Below the pieces are notes generated by a model. It did no database searches. It was not told the origin of the DNA and saw nothing but the letters and a program-made list of their open reading frames with translations. A DNA stretch of 64,000 bases from Spirochaetia bacterium (GTDB lineage Bacteria > Spirochaetota > Spirochaetia > SZUA-6 > Bin103), in NCBI GenBank assembly GCA_965208575.1, contig CBDBOV010000006.1, positions 608,001-672,000 of the forward strand. Direction: 5' to 3'. Below, piece after piece: positions 50,382 through 60,063 of this stretch; positions within the stretch are counted from its first letter, which is position 1, and every line of letters starts with the position of its first letter. The position numbers were made by a program, and so were the translations under genes.

Positions 50382-50863
50382 GCCGGCGCGCTGCCCGGCG
50401 CCCCGGCCAGCCACTGCGCCAACGCCTTGTCGGGGCTCGCCAGTTGTTCCAGGTCGGTATAGTAGTAGCGTTCCCAGCCTTGCTCCGGGAGCCCGGTAAA
50501 CAGCATCAGGTTGAGCGGATAGTGCTCGCTGTCGGTGCAGCGCCGGAAGTCGTCGCGAAACAGGAAGGTCGGGATCCCTCGGGCGATGGCCACGCCCAGT
50601 TCCACCATTACCCCCTCGTCGGGCGGCGTGCCGTTGACGATGGCGAAGATGGCGTCGCAGGTGCTGACATCGTTCAGATCGCGCTGCCCGACCCGGTACG
50701 CCCAGCCCGGACTGGTCACGTCGAAGTTGTTGTGCGCAAACGGCTCCCACACCTCGGCACCAAGCGCCTCCAGGCGCGCCACGAACTCGGGCAGCAAGCG
50801 CTCCTTCTGCTGCGCCGAAAAACCGTACGGGCTGGCCAGGTAGATCCGTTTGCGTGCCACCAT
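50378..50863 (-). CDS. Nucleoside 2-deoxyribosyltransferase family protein
   Basis: IYLASP, DEGVMVELG, NLM. Confidence 0.9.
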   Translation of the reverse strand: MVARKRIYLASPYGFSAQQKERLLPEFVARLEALGAEVWEPFAHNNFDVTSPGWAYRVGQRDLNDVSTCDAIFAIVNGTPPDEGVMVELGVAIARGIPTFLFRDDFRRCTDSEHYPLNLMLFTGLPEQGWERYYYTDLEQLASPDKALAQWLAGAPGSAPA

Positions 50864-50954
50864 GGGGCCAACCCTACCGGGCGCACCCCGCCGCGACAAC
50901 GGCTGCGCCGATCGGCTACCCTGCAGCCTGATCATGGCAGCGGGAAACCAACAG

Positions 50955-51632
50955 GTGGACAAGCAGCGCCTGGCGCGTCTACTCGTCGATTCCGGCGCGG
51001 TTCGGTTCGGCGAGTTCGCCACCAAGAGCGGGCGCATCTCGCCCTACTTCATCAACCTCGGCGAGATCTACCGCGGCGCACAGATCGCCGAGCTGGCCGA
51101 GTACTACGCGCAAGGCATAGCCGAACACTTTGCCGATGAGCGTCCCGACTGCCTGTTCGGCCCCGCCTACAAGGCGATTCCCCTCGCCGTGACCGCCGCC
51201 GTCGCTGCCTCCCGGGTTCTCGACCGCCAGTTCACCTACACCTTCAACCGCAAGGAAGCGAAGCGGCACGGTGAGTCCGGCATACTGGTGGGCCGTGCGC
51301 CGCGCGGCCAAGACCGGGTGCTGATCGTCGACGACGTGGTCACCGACGGCGGCGCCAAGCGGGAGGCGGTGGAACTGCTGCGCGCCCACTCCGCGGCGCC
51401 CGTCGTGGGGCTGCTGATCGCCGTGGATCGCATGGAGCGGGGCACGGGGCGGCTGAGCGCGCTTGCCGAGTTGCAGGCCGAGTTCGGCTTCAGGGCGCGG
51501 GCGTTGATCGACATTGAGGAGCTGGTGGAGATGGTGCCGGTGTCCCTCGATCACCGGGCCGCTGTGCGCCGCCACCTCGACCGCTACCGGGCGTCCGAGT
51601 CTTCCCGCGAAGTTTCCCGACACCGCCTGTAA
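50955..51632 (+). CDS. pyrE: Orotate phosphoribosyltransferase
   Basis: FGEFATKSGRISPYF, FGPAYK, NRKEAKRHGE, VDDVVTDG. Confidence 0.95.
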   Translation: MDKQRLARLLVDSGAVRFGEFATKSGRISPYFINLGEIYRGAQIAELAEYYAQGIAEHFADERPDCLFGPAYKAIPLAVTAAVAASRVLDRQFTYTFNRKEAKRHGESGILVGRAPRGQDRVLIVDDVVTDGGAKREAVELLRAHSAAPVVGLLIAVDRMERGTGRLSALAELQAEFGFRARALIDIEELVEMVPVSLDHRAAVRRHLDRYRASESSREVSRHRL

Positions 51633-51744
51633 CCTTTGCCACGGGTCGTGGTTTCTCTTTTATACACAGACTGGGGGGCTTTCCGGACACCGGCTGGCCA
51701 AGGTTGGGTGTTCCGCACCCCGGGTGTATCGATTTCCATCCACC

Positions 51745-51786
51745 GGCCCCTGGGGTTTTACCTCCTTTACCCAGGGGCCTTTTTTT
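51745..51786 (+). terminator. Intrinsic terminator hairpin with ACCTCCTTT loop
   Basis: GGCCCCTGGG/CCCAGGGGCC stem followed by T7. Confidence 0.85.
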
Positions 51787-51859
51787 GTGCCCTTGCCCGT
51801 AACGCACCGCCGTTTCTCCCGCCCTCGCAGGGCAGCGGCCCTGCTATACTCGCCCCGCC

Positions 51860-53260
51860 ATGCCCGCGTCACAGCAGCGAGCCGCAGTGCTCGGCGCCAC
51901 CCGCCTCTACTACCTTCCGGTAACGACCCGCGTACCGCTCAAGTTCGGCCCCGAGGTGCTTACCGAGGTGATGTGCGCTCGCGCGCGCGTCCAGTTGCGC
52001 GCGGCCGGCCGCGCGGGGACGGCGGACCGGACTTCCGCGGTGGGCTGGGGGGAGACGCCGCTCAACGTACAGTGGGTGTGGCCGGGCAGCCTCACCTACG
52101 CCGAGCGGCTGGCGGCGTTGTGCGACCTGACCGAGACGATCGCCCGCGCCTGGCCGGACGACGATCGGCCCGGCCACCCCATGGAGATCGGCCATCGATT
52201 CATCACCACGCGGCTCCCGGCACTGCTGGCCAAGGCCAACAGCACCCGCCCGGCGCACGCAGCCATCCCCTGGCTCGCCGCGCTGGTGTGCGCCTCCGCC
52301 TTCGACCTGGCGACCCACGACGCCTACGGCAAGCTGCACTGCTGCCCGACCTACGCGACCTACGGTCCCAATTACCTGACAAGCGATCTGTCCGCGTTCC
52401 TCGACGACGCGGCGTTCGCCGGCCGCTACCCGAACGACTACCTGGCCGCGCCGCCGCGCCGGCTGATCGCGTGGCACCTGGTGGGCGGCCTCGATCCGCT
52501 GTCTCCGGCCGACCTCACCGGCGACGAGCCCGACGACGGCTACCCGACGCTGCTGGAAGACTGGATCCGGATCGACGGCCTGCAGGCGTTGAAGGTGAAG
52601 CTGCGCGGCGACGACGAGGCGTGGGACTACGAACGCCTGGTTGCGGTCGGCGCGATCGCGGCGCGCCACCCGGTGCTGTGGCTGTCGGCCGACTTCAACT
52701 GCACCGTGGACGACCCCGAGTACGTGAACCGGATACTGGACCGCCTGCGCGACGAGGAGCCGCGCACCTACGCGTCGATCCTGTATGTGGAGCAGCCGTT
52801 TCCGTACGACCTGGAGCGCCACCGGATCGACGTGCGCTCGGTGGCGGCGCGCAAGCCGCTGTTCATGGACGAGAGCGCGCACGACTGGACCCTGGTGCGC
52901 CTGGGCCGTGAACTCGGCTGGAGCGGCGTGGCGTTGAAGACCTGCAAGACGCAGACCGGAGCGATCCTGAGCCTGTGCTGGGCGCGCGAGCGCGGCATGA
53001 CGCTGATGGTGCAGGATCTCACCAATCCGATGCTGGCGCAGGTAGCGCACGTGCAGTTGGCGGCCCACGCCGGCACCATCATGGGGGTGGAAACCAACGC
53101 CATGCAGTTCTATCCCGCCGCCTCCGCCGCCGAGGCGCAGGTGCACCCCGGCCTGTACCGGCGCCGCGGCGGGTGTGTGGATCTGTCCACGCTCACCGGC
53201 GCCGGGTTCGGCTACCGTGTCGACGAGATACGGCGCGCGCTGCCCGAGCCGGTGGTGTGA
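51860..53260 (+). CDS. Mandelate racemase/muconate lactonizing (enolase superfamily) enzyme
   Basis: GWGE, KVK, DFN, EQP, DES metal ligands. Confidence 0.88.
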   Translation: MPASQQRAAVLGATRLYYLPVTTRVPLKFGPEVLTEVMCARARVQLRAAGRAGTADRTSAVGWGETPLNVQWVWPGSLTYAERLAALCDLTETIARAWPDDDRPGHPMEIGHRFITTRLPALLAKANSTRPAHAAIPWLAALVCASAFDLATHDAYGKLHCCPTYATYGPNYLTSDLSAFLDDAAFAGRYPNDYLAAPPRRLIAWHLVGGLDPLSPADLTGDEPDDGYPTLLEDWIRIDGLQALKVKLRGDDEAWDYERLVAVGAIAARHPVLWLSADFNCTVDDPEYVNRILDRLRDEEPRTYASILYVEQPFPYDLERHRIDVRSVAARKPLFMDESAHDWTLVRLGRELGWSGVALKTCKTQTGAILSLCWARERGMTLMVQDLTNPMLAQVAHVQLAAHAGTIMGVETNAMQFYPAASAAEAQVHPGLYRRRGGCVDLSTLTGAGFGYRVDEIRRALPEPVV

Positions 53261-53298
53261 AGCACCCGGTGGTGTGAAGCACCCGGCGGTGTGAAGCA
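53249..53298. repeat. Three 17-bp tandem repeats CCGGTGGTGTGAAGCAC spanning the stop codon
   Basis: Direct reading. Confidence 0.85.
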
Positions 53299-53304
53299 AC
53301 TGCC

Positions 53305-53571
53305 CTGCTGACGGCGTGCGCGCCGGCTGCCGCGTGCAAGGCGGCGGCGAGGCGGGAACAGCGACTCCAATCGCTGAGCGGCGCGCCGGCTACCGTCTGC
53401 AAGGTCGCGGCGAGGCGGAACCGCGACTCAGTCGCTGAGCGGCGCGCCGGCTACCGGTCTGCAAGGTCGCGGCGAGGCGGAACCGCGGCTCAGTCGCTGA
53501 GCGGCACGCCGGCTACCGTCTGCAAGGCCGCGGCGAGGCGGAACCGCGGCTCAGTCGCTGAGCGGCACGCC
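53305..53571. repeat. 61-62-bp tandem repeat (about 4.5 units) containing the glpD stop
   Basis: TCGCTGAGCGG at 53371, 53432, 53494, 53555; no unique spacers. Confidence 0.9.
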
Positions 53572-55359
53572 GCCGGCCGCGACCGCCGCCCAGGCGGCGT
53601 GCAGCCTGGTGGCCGCGGCAGCCTCTTCGCGGCGCCGCTGCGCGGCGCTCCAGTTCAGTTCCCCCGCCAACAGCTCAGCCACCCTCGGCACGCTCGCCAG
53701 GGCGGCCGCGCTGTCCAGGAACGCCAGGCGGGTGCGCCGCGACAGCACGTCGTCCACCGTGCAGGCCGCTTCGTGGCGCGCCGCGTACACCGCTTCCGCC
53801 TCCAGGTAGGGGTAGCGCGTCGCCAGCCGGGCGCCGGCGCCCGCCGCGGCCAGCCGGGCGACCGCGGTGGCGCGGGCGCCGTAGGTGGTGTCGAGATGGC
53901 GGGCGATGTCCGGCGGCAACCGGTGGCGGCGCTGCAATCGGTCCGCATCGGGGCGATAGCCGGCGGCACCGGCCAGCAGCGTGGTGCGGGTCTGGGAAAC
54001 GGTGCGGGCAGCCAGCCCGCCGGCGGCCACGGCGCGGTTGACCGCGTGCACCGCCATGACGCGGTAGGTGGTCCACTTGCCGCCGGCCACCGATACCAGT
54101 CCGGCGCGGCTCTCGGTGAGGTGATGGTCGCGGGTCAGGGACGCGGTCCCGCGGCGGCGGCGGCGGCCACCGGCGACGCGGCGCGGCGGCGCGGCGATCA
54201 GGGGACGCAGGCCGGTCCACGCGGCCGCCACGTCCTGGGCGCTCACCGGTACGTTGAGGTAGTTGTTCAGGTGATCGAGCAGGTAGTGCACCTCGCGCGC
54301 GGTGGGCATCGGATCGTCGGACACCGGCGCCGACACCTCGGTGGTGCCGACCAGCAGCCGGCGCTGCCACGGCAGCACGAATATCACCCGGCCATCCTCC
54401 GTGCGCGGAATCAGGAACCCGGTGTCGGGCGCGGGGAAACGCGGGCCCAGCACCAGGTGGGTGCCGGCGCTGACGCGCAGCAGCGGTACGCTCGCGGCGT
54501 CGTCGAGCTCGCGCAGGCGGTCCACGTAGGGACCGGCGGCGTTCAAAACCACGCGCGCCCGCACCGGCCAGGAGGTGCCGGTAAGCTGGTCGCGCACCGC
54601 CGCCCCGGTGATGCGCCCGCCCGCGTCGGTGGTGAATGCCTCCACTGCCACGTAGTTGGCGACCGCGGCGCCCTGCTCGGCGGCGGTCAGGGCGATGGCG
54701 AGATTCATGCGCGCGTCGTCGAACTGGCCGTCATGGTAGACCACGCCGCCGCGCAGGCGGCGCGGCGGTCCGTGCCCGCGCACCTCCTCGCGCAGGTAGG
54801 GGAAACGCGTCAGGACATGCTCGCGCGGTACGAACTCGGAACGGTGCAGCGCGTACTTGCCGGCGAGGCGGTCGTACAGCCGCAGGCCGATTCGGTAGTA
54901 GGGGTGCTGGCCGAGCTGATACAGCGGCACGAAGATCGGCAGCTCGTGCACCAGGTGCGGGGCCAGCTCCAACAGCGCCTGCCGTTCGCGCAGCGCCTCC
55001 CGCACCAGGCGAAACTGGCTGCGGTCGATCCGCTTCACCGCCTGCTCCAGGTAGCGCACGCCGCCATGCACGAGCTTGGTGCTGCGGCTGCTGGTACCGC
55101 TGCCGAAGTCGGCGCGCTCCACCAGCGCCACCCGCAACCCGCGGGTGGCGGCGTCGAGCGCGCTGCCGCAGCCGGTGGCGCCGCCGCCGATCACCAGCAG
55201 GTCGAAGCGCTCCTCCTGCAGCCGGCGCAACTGCTCCGTGCGCTTCAGCGGTCCGTTCCGATGTGTGACGCGACTACCCGAGGCGACCGCACTAGCCGGA
55301 CTCGCCGGACCCGCCGGCGCTCGGTGCCGGCGGGCGCGAGCGCGCGCGATCCACCGCAT
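53551..55359 (-). CDS. glpD: FAD-dependent glycerol-3-phosphate dehydrogenase (start uncertain, probably near 55260)
   Basis: [45 protein letters not shown]. Confidence 0.94.
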   Translation of the reverse strand: MRWIARARARRHRAPAGPASPASAVASGSRVTHRNGPLKRTEQLRRLQEERFDLLVIGGGATGCGSALDAATRGLRVALVERADFGSGTSSRSTKLVHGGVRYLEQAVKRIDRSQFRLVREALRERQALLELAPHLVHELPIFVPLYQLGQHPYYRIGLRLYDRLAGKYALHRSEFVPREHVLTRFPYLREEVRGHGPPRRLRGGVVYHDGQFDDARMNLAIALTAAEQGAAVANYVAVEAFTTDAGGRITGAAVRDQLTGTSWPVRARVVLNAAGPYVDRLRELDDAASVPLLRVSAGTHLVLGPRFPAPDTGFLIPRTEDGRVIFVLPWQRRLLVGTTEVSAPVSDDPMPTAREVHYLLDHLNNYLNVPVSAQDVAAAWTGLRPLIAAPPRRVAGGRRRRRGTASLTRDHHLTESRAGLVSVAGGKWTTYRVMAVHAVNRAVAAGGLAARTVSQTRTTLLAGAAGYRPDADRLQRRHRLPPDIARHLDTTYGARATAVARLAAAGAGARLATRYPYLEAEAVYAARHEAACTVDDVLSRRTRLAFLDSAAALASVPRVAELLAGELNWSAAQRRREEAAAATRLHAAWAAVAAGGVPLSD

Positions 55360-56812
55360 CGGCCCAACCGGAGAGCAGCGCCTCCCGCCGGCGCGCCGCC
55401 ATCCGCGGCTCGAAGCGCCGTTCGGCGCGCCACAGGTCGGCGGCGGCGGAGCGGTCCGGCCACAGGCCCACCGCCAGGCCGGCCAGCAGCGCGGCGCCCC
55501 AGGCGGTGGTCTCCAGGTTGGCCGGGCGCACCACCGGCAGATCGAGCAGGTCGGCCTGCAACTGCAGCAGCAGGTTGTTGGCCGCGGCGCCGCCGTCCAC
55601 GCGCAGCTCGCTCAGCGGGGCGCCGAGGTCGCGTTCCATGGCGCGCACCACGTCCACCACCTGGCAGGCGATCGCCTCCAGCGCCGCCCGCGCCAGGTGC
55701 GCCCGGCCGCTGCCGCGGGTCAGCCCGGTCACCGTGCCGCGCGCATCCTGGTCCCAGTAGGGGGCGCCCAGCCCGGCGAACGCCGGCACCAGGTAGACGC
55801 CGCCGGTATCGGGCACCGACGCGGCCAGCGCCTCCACCTCCGGCGCGCCGGCGATCAGCCCCAGGCCGTCGCGCAGCCACTGCACCACCGCGCCGCCCAT
55901 GAACACGCTGCCCTCCAGGGCATACTCGCGCCGCCCGGCCATCTGCGACGCCACCGTGGTCAGCAGCCGGTTGGCCGAGCGCGCCGCCTCGGCGCCGGTG
56001 TGGGCAAGCAGGAAGCACCCGGTGCCGTACGTGTTCTTGGCCAGCCCAGGCGCGAACAGCGCCTGCCCGACCGAGGCCGCCTGCTGGTCGCCCGCGATGC
56101 CGGCCAGCGGCACCGGTTCGTCGAGCAGCCCGGTCAGCTCGCCGTACACCGCCGACGAATCGCGTACCTCCGGCAGCAGCGCCGCCGGAACGTCGAGCAG
56201 GCCGAGCAGCTCCTCGTCCCAACGGCCGCGGTGGATGTCGTACAGCAGCGTGCGGCTGGCATTGGTGGCGTCGGTGAGGTGCAGGGCGCCGCCGCTGAGG
56301 CGGAACGCCAGCCAACTGTCGATGGTGCCGAACGCCAACTCGCCGGCCGCGGCGCGCGCGCGGGCGTCCGGCACCCGGTCCAGGATCCAGGCCAGCTTGG
56401 TGCCGGAGAAGTACGCGTCCAGCACCAGCCCGGTGCGCCGCTGGAACAGCTCGCCGTGACCGGCCGCCTCCAGTTCCGCCACCATCCCGCTGGTGCGCCG
56501 GTCCTGCCACACGATCGCCGGGTGGATCGGCGTGCCGGTGCTGCGCTCCCATACCACGGTGGTTTCGCGCTGGTTGGTAATGCCCACGGCGGCCACCTCG
56601 CCGGCGCGGCCGCCGGCGTCCGCCACCGCCTGCCGCGCCACCGCGACCTGGCTGGCCAGGATCTCCTCGGCGTCGTGCTCCACCCAACCCGCGTGCGGGA
56701 ACATCTGCCGAAACTCCTGCTGCGCGACTGCCACGACCGCGCCTGCCGCATCGAACAGCAGCGCCCGCGAACTGGTGGTGCCCTGGTCGAGGGCCAACAC
56801 GAACCTGCCCAT
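55292..56812 (-). CDS. glpK: Glycerol kinase
   Basis: [33 protein letters not shown]. Confidence 0.97.
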   Translation of the reverse strand: MGRFVLALDQGTTSSRALLFDAAGAVVAVAQQEFRQMFPHAGWVEHDAEEILASQVAVARQAVADAGGRAGEVAAVGITNQRETTVVWERSTGTPIHPAIVWQDRRTSGMVAELEAAGHGELFQRRTGLVLDAYFSGTKLAWILDRVPDARARAAAGELAFGTIDSWLAFRLSGGALHLTDATNASRTLLYDIHRGRWDEELLGLLDVPAALLPEVRDSSAVYGELTGLLDEPVPLAGIAGDQQAASVGQALFAPGLAKNTYGTGCFLLAHTGAEAARSANRLLTTVASQMAGRREYALEGSVFMGGAVVQWLRDGLGLIAGAPEVEALAASVPDTGGVYLVPAFAGLGAPYWDQDARGTVTGLTRGSGRAHLARAALEAIACQVVDVVRAMERDLGAPLSELRVDGGAAANNLLLQLQADLLDLPVVRPANLETTAWGAALLAGLAVGLWPDRSAAADLWRAERRFEPRMAARRREALLSGWADAVDRARSRPPAPSAGGSGESG

Positions 56813-57005
56813 GGCGCAGCCAACCTAAACCCGCGCGCCGGCTCCGGCAACCCCACCCCGCCGGCGGCGCGGCCAGACGCATCCCAGGGGCGTCACATTG
56901 ACGGCGGCCAGTGCGGCTGACGACTATATGGGGAACACCACACCGCGGCGCCGCGCACCGCACGGGCCGCACCAACCGCAACCAACGAGGAGAAATTCGT
57001 CAACC

Positions 57006-58034
57006 ATGAGCAAAGTACGCGTCGGATTCAACGGCATGGGCCGCATCGGCAAGAACGTGATGCGGGTCATCGTCTCCAAGCTGAACGACCGCTTCGAGAT
57101 CGTGGCCGGCAACGACCTGGTGCCGGCGGCCGACATCGCCGCCAGCCTGCCCAAGGACGCGGTGTACGGCCGCTTCCCCGCCGCCGTGGAGCAGACCGCC
57201 GCCGACAAGATCCGGGTCGGCGACCACGAGCTCACCATCTACGCCGAGATGGACGCGTCCAACGTGCCGTGGGGGGACCACGGCGTCGACATCGTGTTCG
57301 AGTGCACCGGCTTCTACCTGACCACCGAGAAGGCCGGCGCCCACCTCGCCGGCGGCGCGGGGCGCGTCATCGTCTCCGCACCCTGCAACGACGACACCGA
57401 CACCGTGGTAGTAGGCGTCAACCACGACATCCTCACCCCCGAGCACAAGATCGTCTCCAACGCGAGCTGCACCACCAACTGCCTCGCGCCGATGACCCGC
57501 GCCGTCGACCTGAGCTACCCGGTCAAGGGCGGCCTGATGAGCACCACGCACGCCGCCACCGCCACCCAGAAGGTGGCCGACACGTTTGGCGGCGGCAAGA
57601 ACCGCGCCACCCTCAACAACGTGATCCCGGCCAGCACCGGCGCCGCGGTGGCGGTCGGCAAGGTGCTTCCGCACCTGAACGGCAAGCTCAACGGCACCGC
57701 GCTGCGCGTGCCCACCGACACCGGCAGCGTGGTGGAAGCGGTCTACCAGATCGACGGCACCCCGTCCAAGGAGGAACTGGTCGCCGCGCTCACCGCCAAC
57801 GCCGACCAGATCAACGGCTCCACCCTGCTCGGCGAGGTGATCACCGTCAACGACTACTACGAGTGCTCCCGCGATTGCGTCGGCGAACCGTTCTCGTCGA
57901 TGGTATCGGACAGCCCGCTGGTGGTGCCGGTGGACGGCTTAGGCTCCCTGGTCAAGCTGACCAGCTTCTACGACAACGAAATGGGCTTCAGCCACCGCAT
58001 GGCCGAACTCGCCCTCATCTTCGCCGCCGCCTAG
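57006..58034 (+). CDS. gap: Type I glyceraldehyde-3-phosphate dehydrogenase
   Basis: NGMGRIG, ECTG, NASCTTNCL, STGAA, YDNE; GAGGAG RBS. Confidence 0.95.
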   Translation: MSKVRVGFNGMGRIGKNVMRVIVSKLNDRFEIVAGNDLVPAADIAASLPKDAVYGRFPAAVEQTAADKIRVGDHELTIYAEMDASNVPWGDHGVDIVFECTGFYLTTEKAGAHLAGGAGRVIVSAPCNDDTDTVVVGVNHDILTPEHKIVSNASCTTNCLAPMTRAVDLSYPVKGGLMSTTHAATATQKVADTFGGGKNRATLNNVIPASTGAAVAVGKVLPHLNGKLNGTALRVPTDTGSVVEAVYQIDGTPSKEELVAALTANADQINGSTLLGEVITVNDYYECSRDCVGEPFSSMVSDSPLVVPVDGLGSLVKLTSFYDNEMGFSHRMAELALIFAAA

Positions 58035-58058
58035 GACTGCGAGTCGTTCAGCGTCCCG

Positions 58059-58841
58059 TCACGATGTCGTACCGGCTTCAGTCAGGAATCTTTGGATTCT
58101 GTCTCGGTTAGCCGTTAGGCTGGAGAATTGTTTCTCGCAAACGTCGCTGAAGCGCGCCAAGACTCTTCTGCTTATCGATTCTTGGTCTTCGAAGATCGCC
58201 AATGAGCGGAATCGAACGCCCCATTTTTCGAATTGAAGGAGCGTGATGGTGGCGTCTCGTGTCCTTCCGTCATTGGCAAGTGCGTGGACGAACAGGGGCC
58301 GGTCCATGTTGTTTACTCGACAGTCGATAGTGTACATTCCCTGCGGATCGTGTTGGGGGTGGTTCCAGTCGAAACTGCGCCGTTCCTCGGCGACCGTGTA
58401 GCTCAAGAGCGAACGAAAATCATCCATGAAGGTCGACCGAGCTCTTTCTCGAGATAGGTAGGCGACGTCAGCTACCTTCATGAGTGCCTGGATAAAGGAA
58501 TACAGCGCGTCCCCATAGCGCTCATCTGGAATCTCAAGAACAAGTTCTCCATCCCGGTCGTCTACACCGAATGTCGACAAGGTGTTGGAGATGATGCTCT
58601 GGCGCGTACCGCTGGAGAGATCCCTTTCATTGATGTCGTACGTCAGATGCATGTATGTGTGAGCATCATCCGAGAATACCCATTGCGATCGTTCTCTCTT
58701 CAACACGATCGCCAGATGGTCGCCGTCCTCAAAGAGAAACGGCGTGAAGACACGATAACGATCTACACCCTCAGCTGCCAGACGAACTTTCTCTGAAACT
58801 TTCTCGTGAAACTGCCGTTCCAATGCTGTCTTGGTCATCAC
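58059..58841 (-). CDS. DUF1828-like domain protein
   Basis: VFTPFLFEDGDHL, FSDDAHT, FIQALMKV; low GC. Confidence 0.75.
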   Translation of the reverse strand: MMTKTALERQFHEKVSEKVRLAAEGVDRYRVFTPFLFEDGDHLAIVLKRERSQWVFSDDAHTYMHLTYDINERDLSSGTRQSIISNTLSTFGVDDRDGELVLEIPDERYGDALYSFIQALMKVADVAYLSRERARSTFMDDFRSLLSYTVAEERRSFDWNHPQHDPQGMYTIDCRVNNMDRPLFVHALANDGRTRDATITLLQFEKWGVRFRSLAIFEDQESISRRVLARFSDVCEKQFSSLTANRDRIQRFLTEAGTTS

Positions 58842-59326
58842 TCCCCCGATCCAAAAACAAACTCGCTCTGCGGGTCCGCATCAACCGATAGTCTAGTGTC
58901 CTCAATGAAGCAACGCAACGCACTGCGATAGTCGGCATATCGATCAGTCGGCTCTGCGTAAGCGTCCTCACGAGTTCCCAAATTCTGATAACGTTCGGTA
59001 GCATAATGGATGTGAAAATCGTAGAATGTCTCTTCTTCGAGGTGATTTGTATGTTCGTGGCTCCTGCCGTTGTAACGGCGAAGCCGGAACAGTTGGTTTG
59101 AGAGCGGTATTCGCACAGCCAAAATGATCGAGAAGTCGAATTGGTTCACTGTGCTCTGCCTAAGGATTAGGCGGAACTCATTCCCTTCGTCACCGAACAG
59201 GTCCAAATCCTGTTCACGGTGTCCACGTTTGGCGCGGAGCCGAATCCGGTCGGTCCAATCTGCAGGAGCGGACTTCCGTTCGTGCACTAGGGCATGGATT
59301 TCATGGTCCAGGTAGGTTACCGGCAT
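58838..59326 (-). CDS. DUF6978-like His-rich hypothetical protein
   Basis: LRRYNGRSHEHTN...FHIH; stop overlaps next start; low GC. Confidence 0.7.
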   Translation of the reverse strand: MPVTYLDHEIHALVHERKSAPADWTDRIRLRAKRGHREQDLDLFGDEGNEFRLILRQSTVNQFDFSIILAVRIPLSNQLFRLRRYNGRSHEHTNHLEEETFYDFHIHYATERYQNLGTREDAYAEPTDRYADYRSALRCFIEDTRLSVDADPQSEFVFGSGE

Positions 59327-60063
59327 GACTCTGTTGCTTGCTCACTTCCATCATACTGAATCACCGCGAGTGCATCATCCTTCGGCCGGGACAGCTTGCG
59401 TCCGCCGGCCCGCGGTCAACCGGTTGCCTGACGGCGGACGGCGAGGGGCTTGAGTTCGGTGTAGATTTCGGGGGGCGCGGCGAAGCGCAGCCCGGCGTCG
59501 CGGGCGCGGGCGATGAGGTCGGCGATCCACCCGCACTGCGCGGCGAACTCCCGCTTCGTCGCGGTGCCGTGATCGTGACTGCACAGGTTCCAGAACCAGC
59601 CGTTGCGCGCCGTCTCCTCGACCATGGCGAACAGATAGTCCTGGTAGGAGTCGCCGTGTGAGCGATCGTCGAACCGGTCCCAGTAGAAGCGGTCCTGGTA
59701 GCCCTGGATGCCGAGTTCCAGGATCTCGGGAAATCCCTGGTCGCTGAAGAAGAACGGCTGCTCGGAAAACGGCGTCGGCTGGCAGTCGCGGTAGTCGCGC
59801 GCGTTGGTGCGCACCCAGCGGATGCCGTTGTCGCGCAGGATCTGCAGAATGTCCGGGCGGTCCGCCAGCCCGCGGTAGTAGCCCCAGGGCCCGGTCAGCC
59901 CCCGACAGTCCACCCCGAGCAGCTCCCTGATGACGCGCTGCGCCCGCGCGACCTCGGCGCCGATCTGCTCCAGCGTGCCGCCGGCCTTGAAGAAATTGGG
60001 CGCCGCGCCGTGTACCGGCCGGCCGTCGCCGGGCGTCATGTAGACGCTCCTGAGAAACAACAA

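Noticed and set aside
51755-51770. 16S rRNA 3' end fragment
   Set aside because: Only ACCTCCTTT matches; no upstream helix 45 sequence
53305-53571. CRISPR array
   Set aside because: Whole units repeat with no unique spacers, and there are no cas genes
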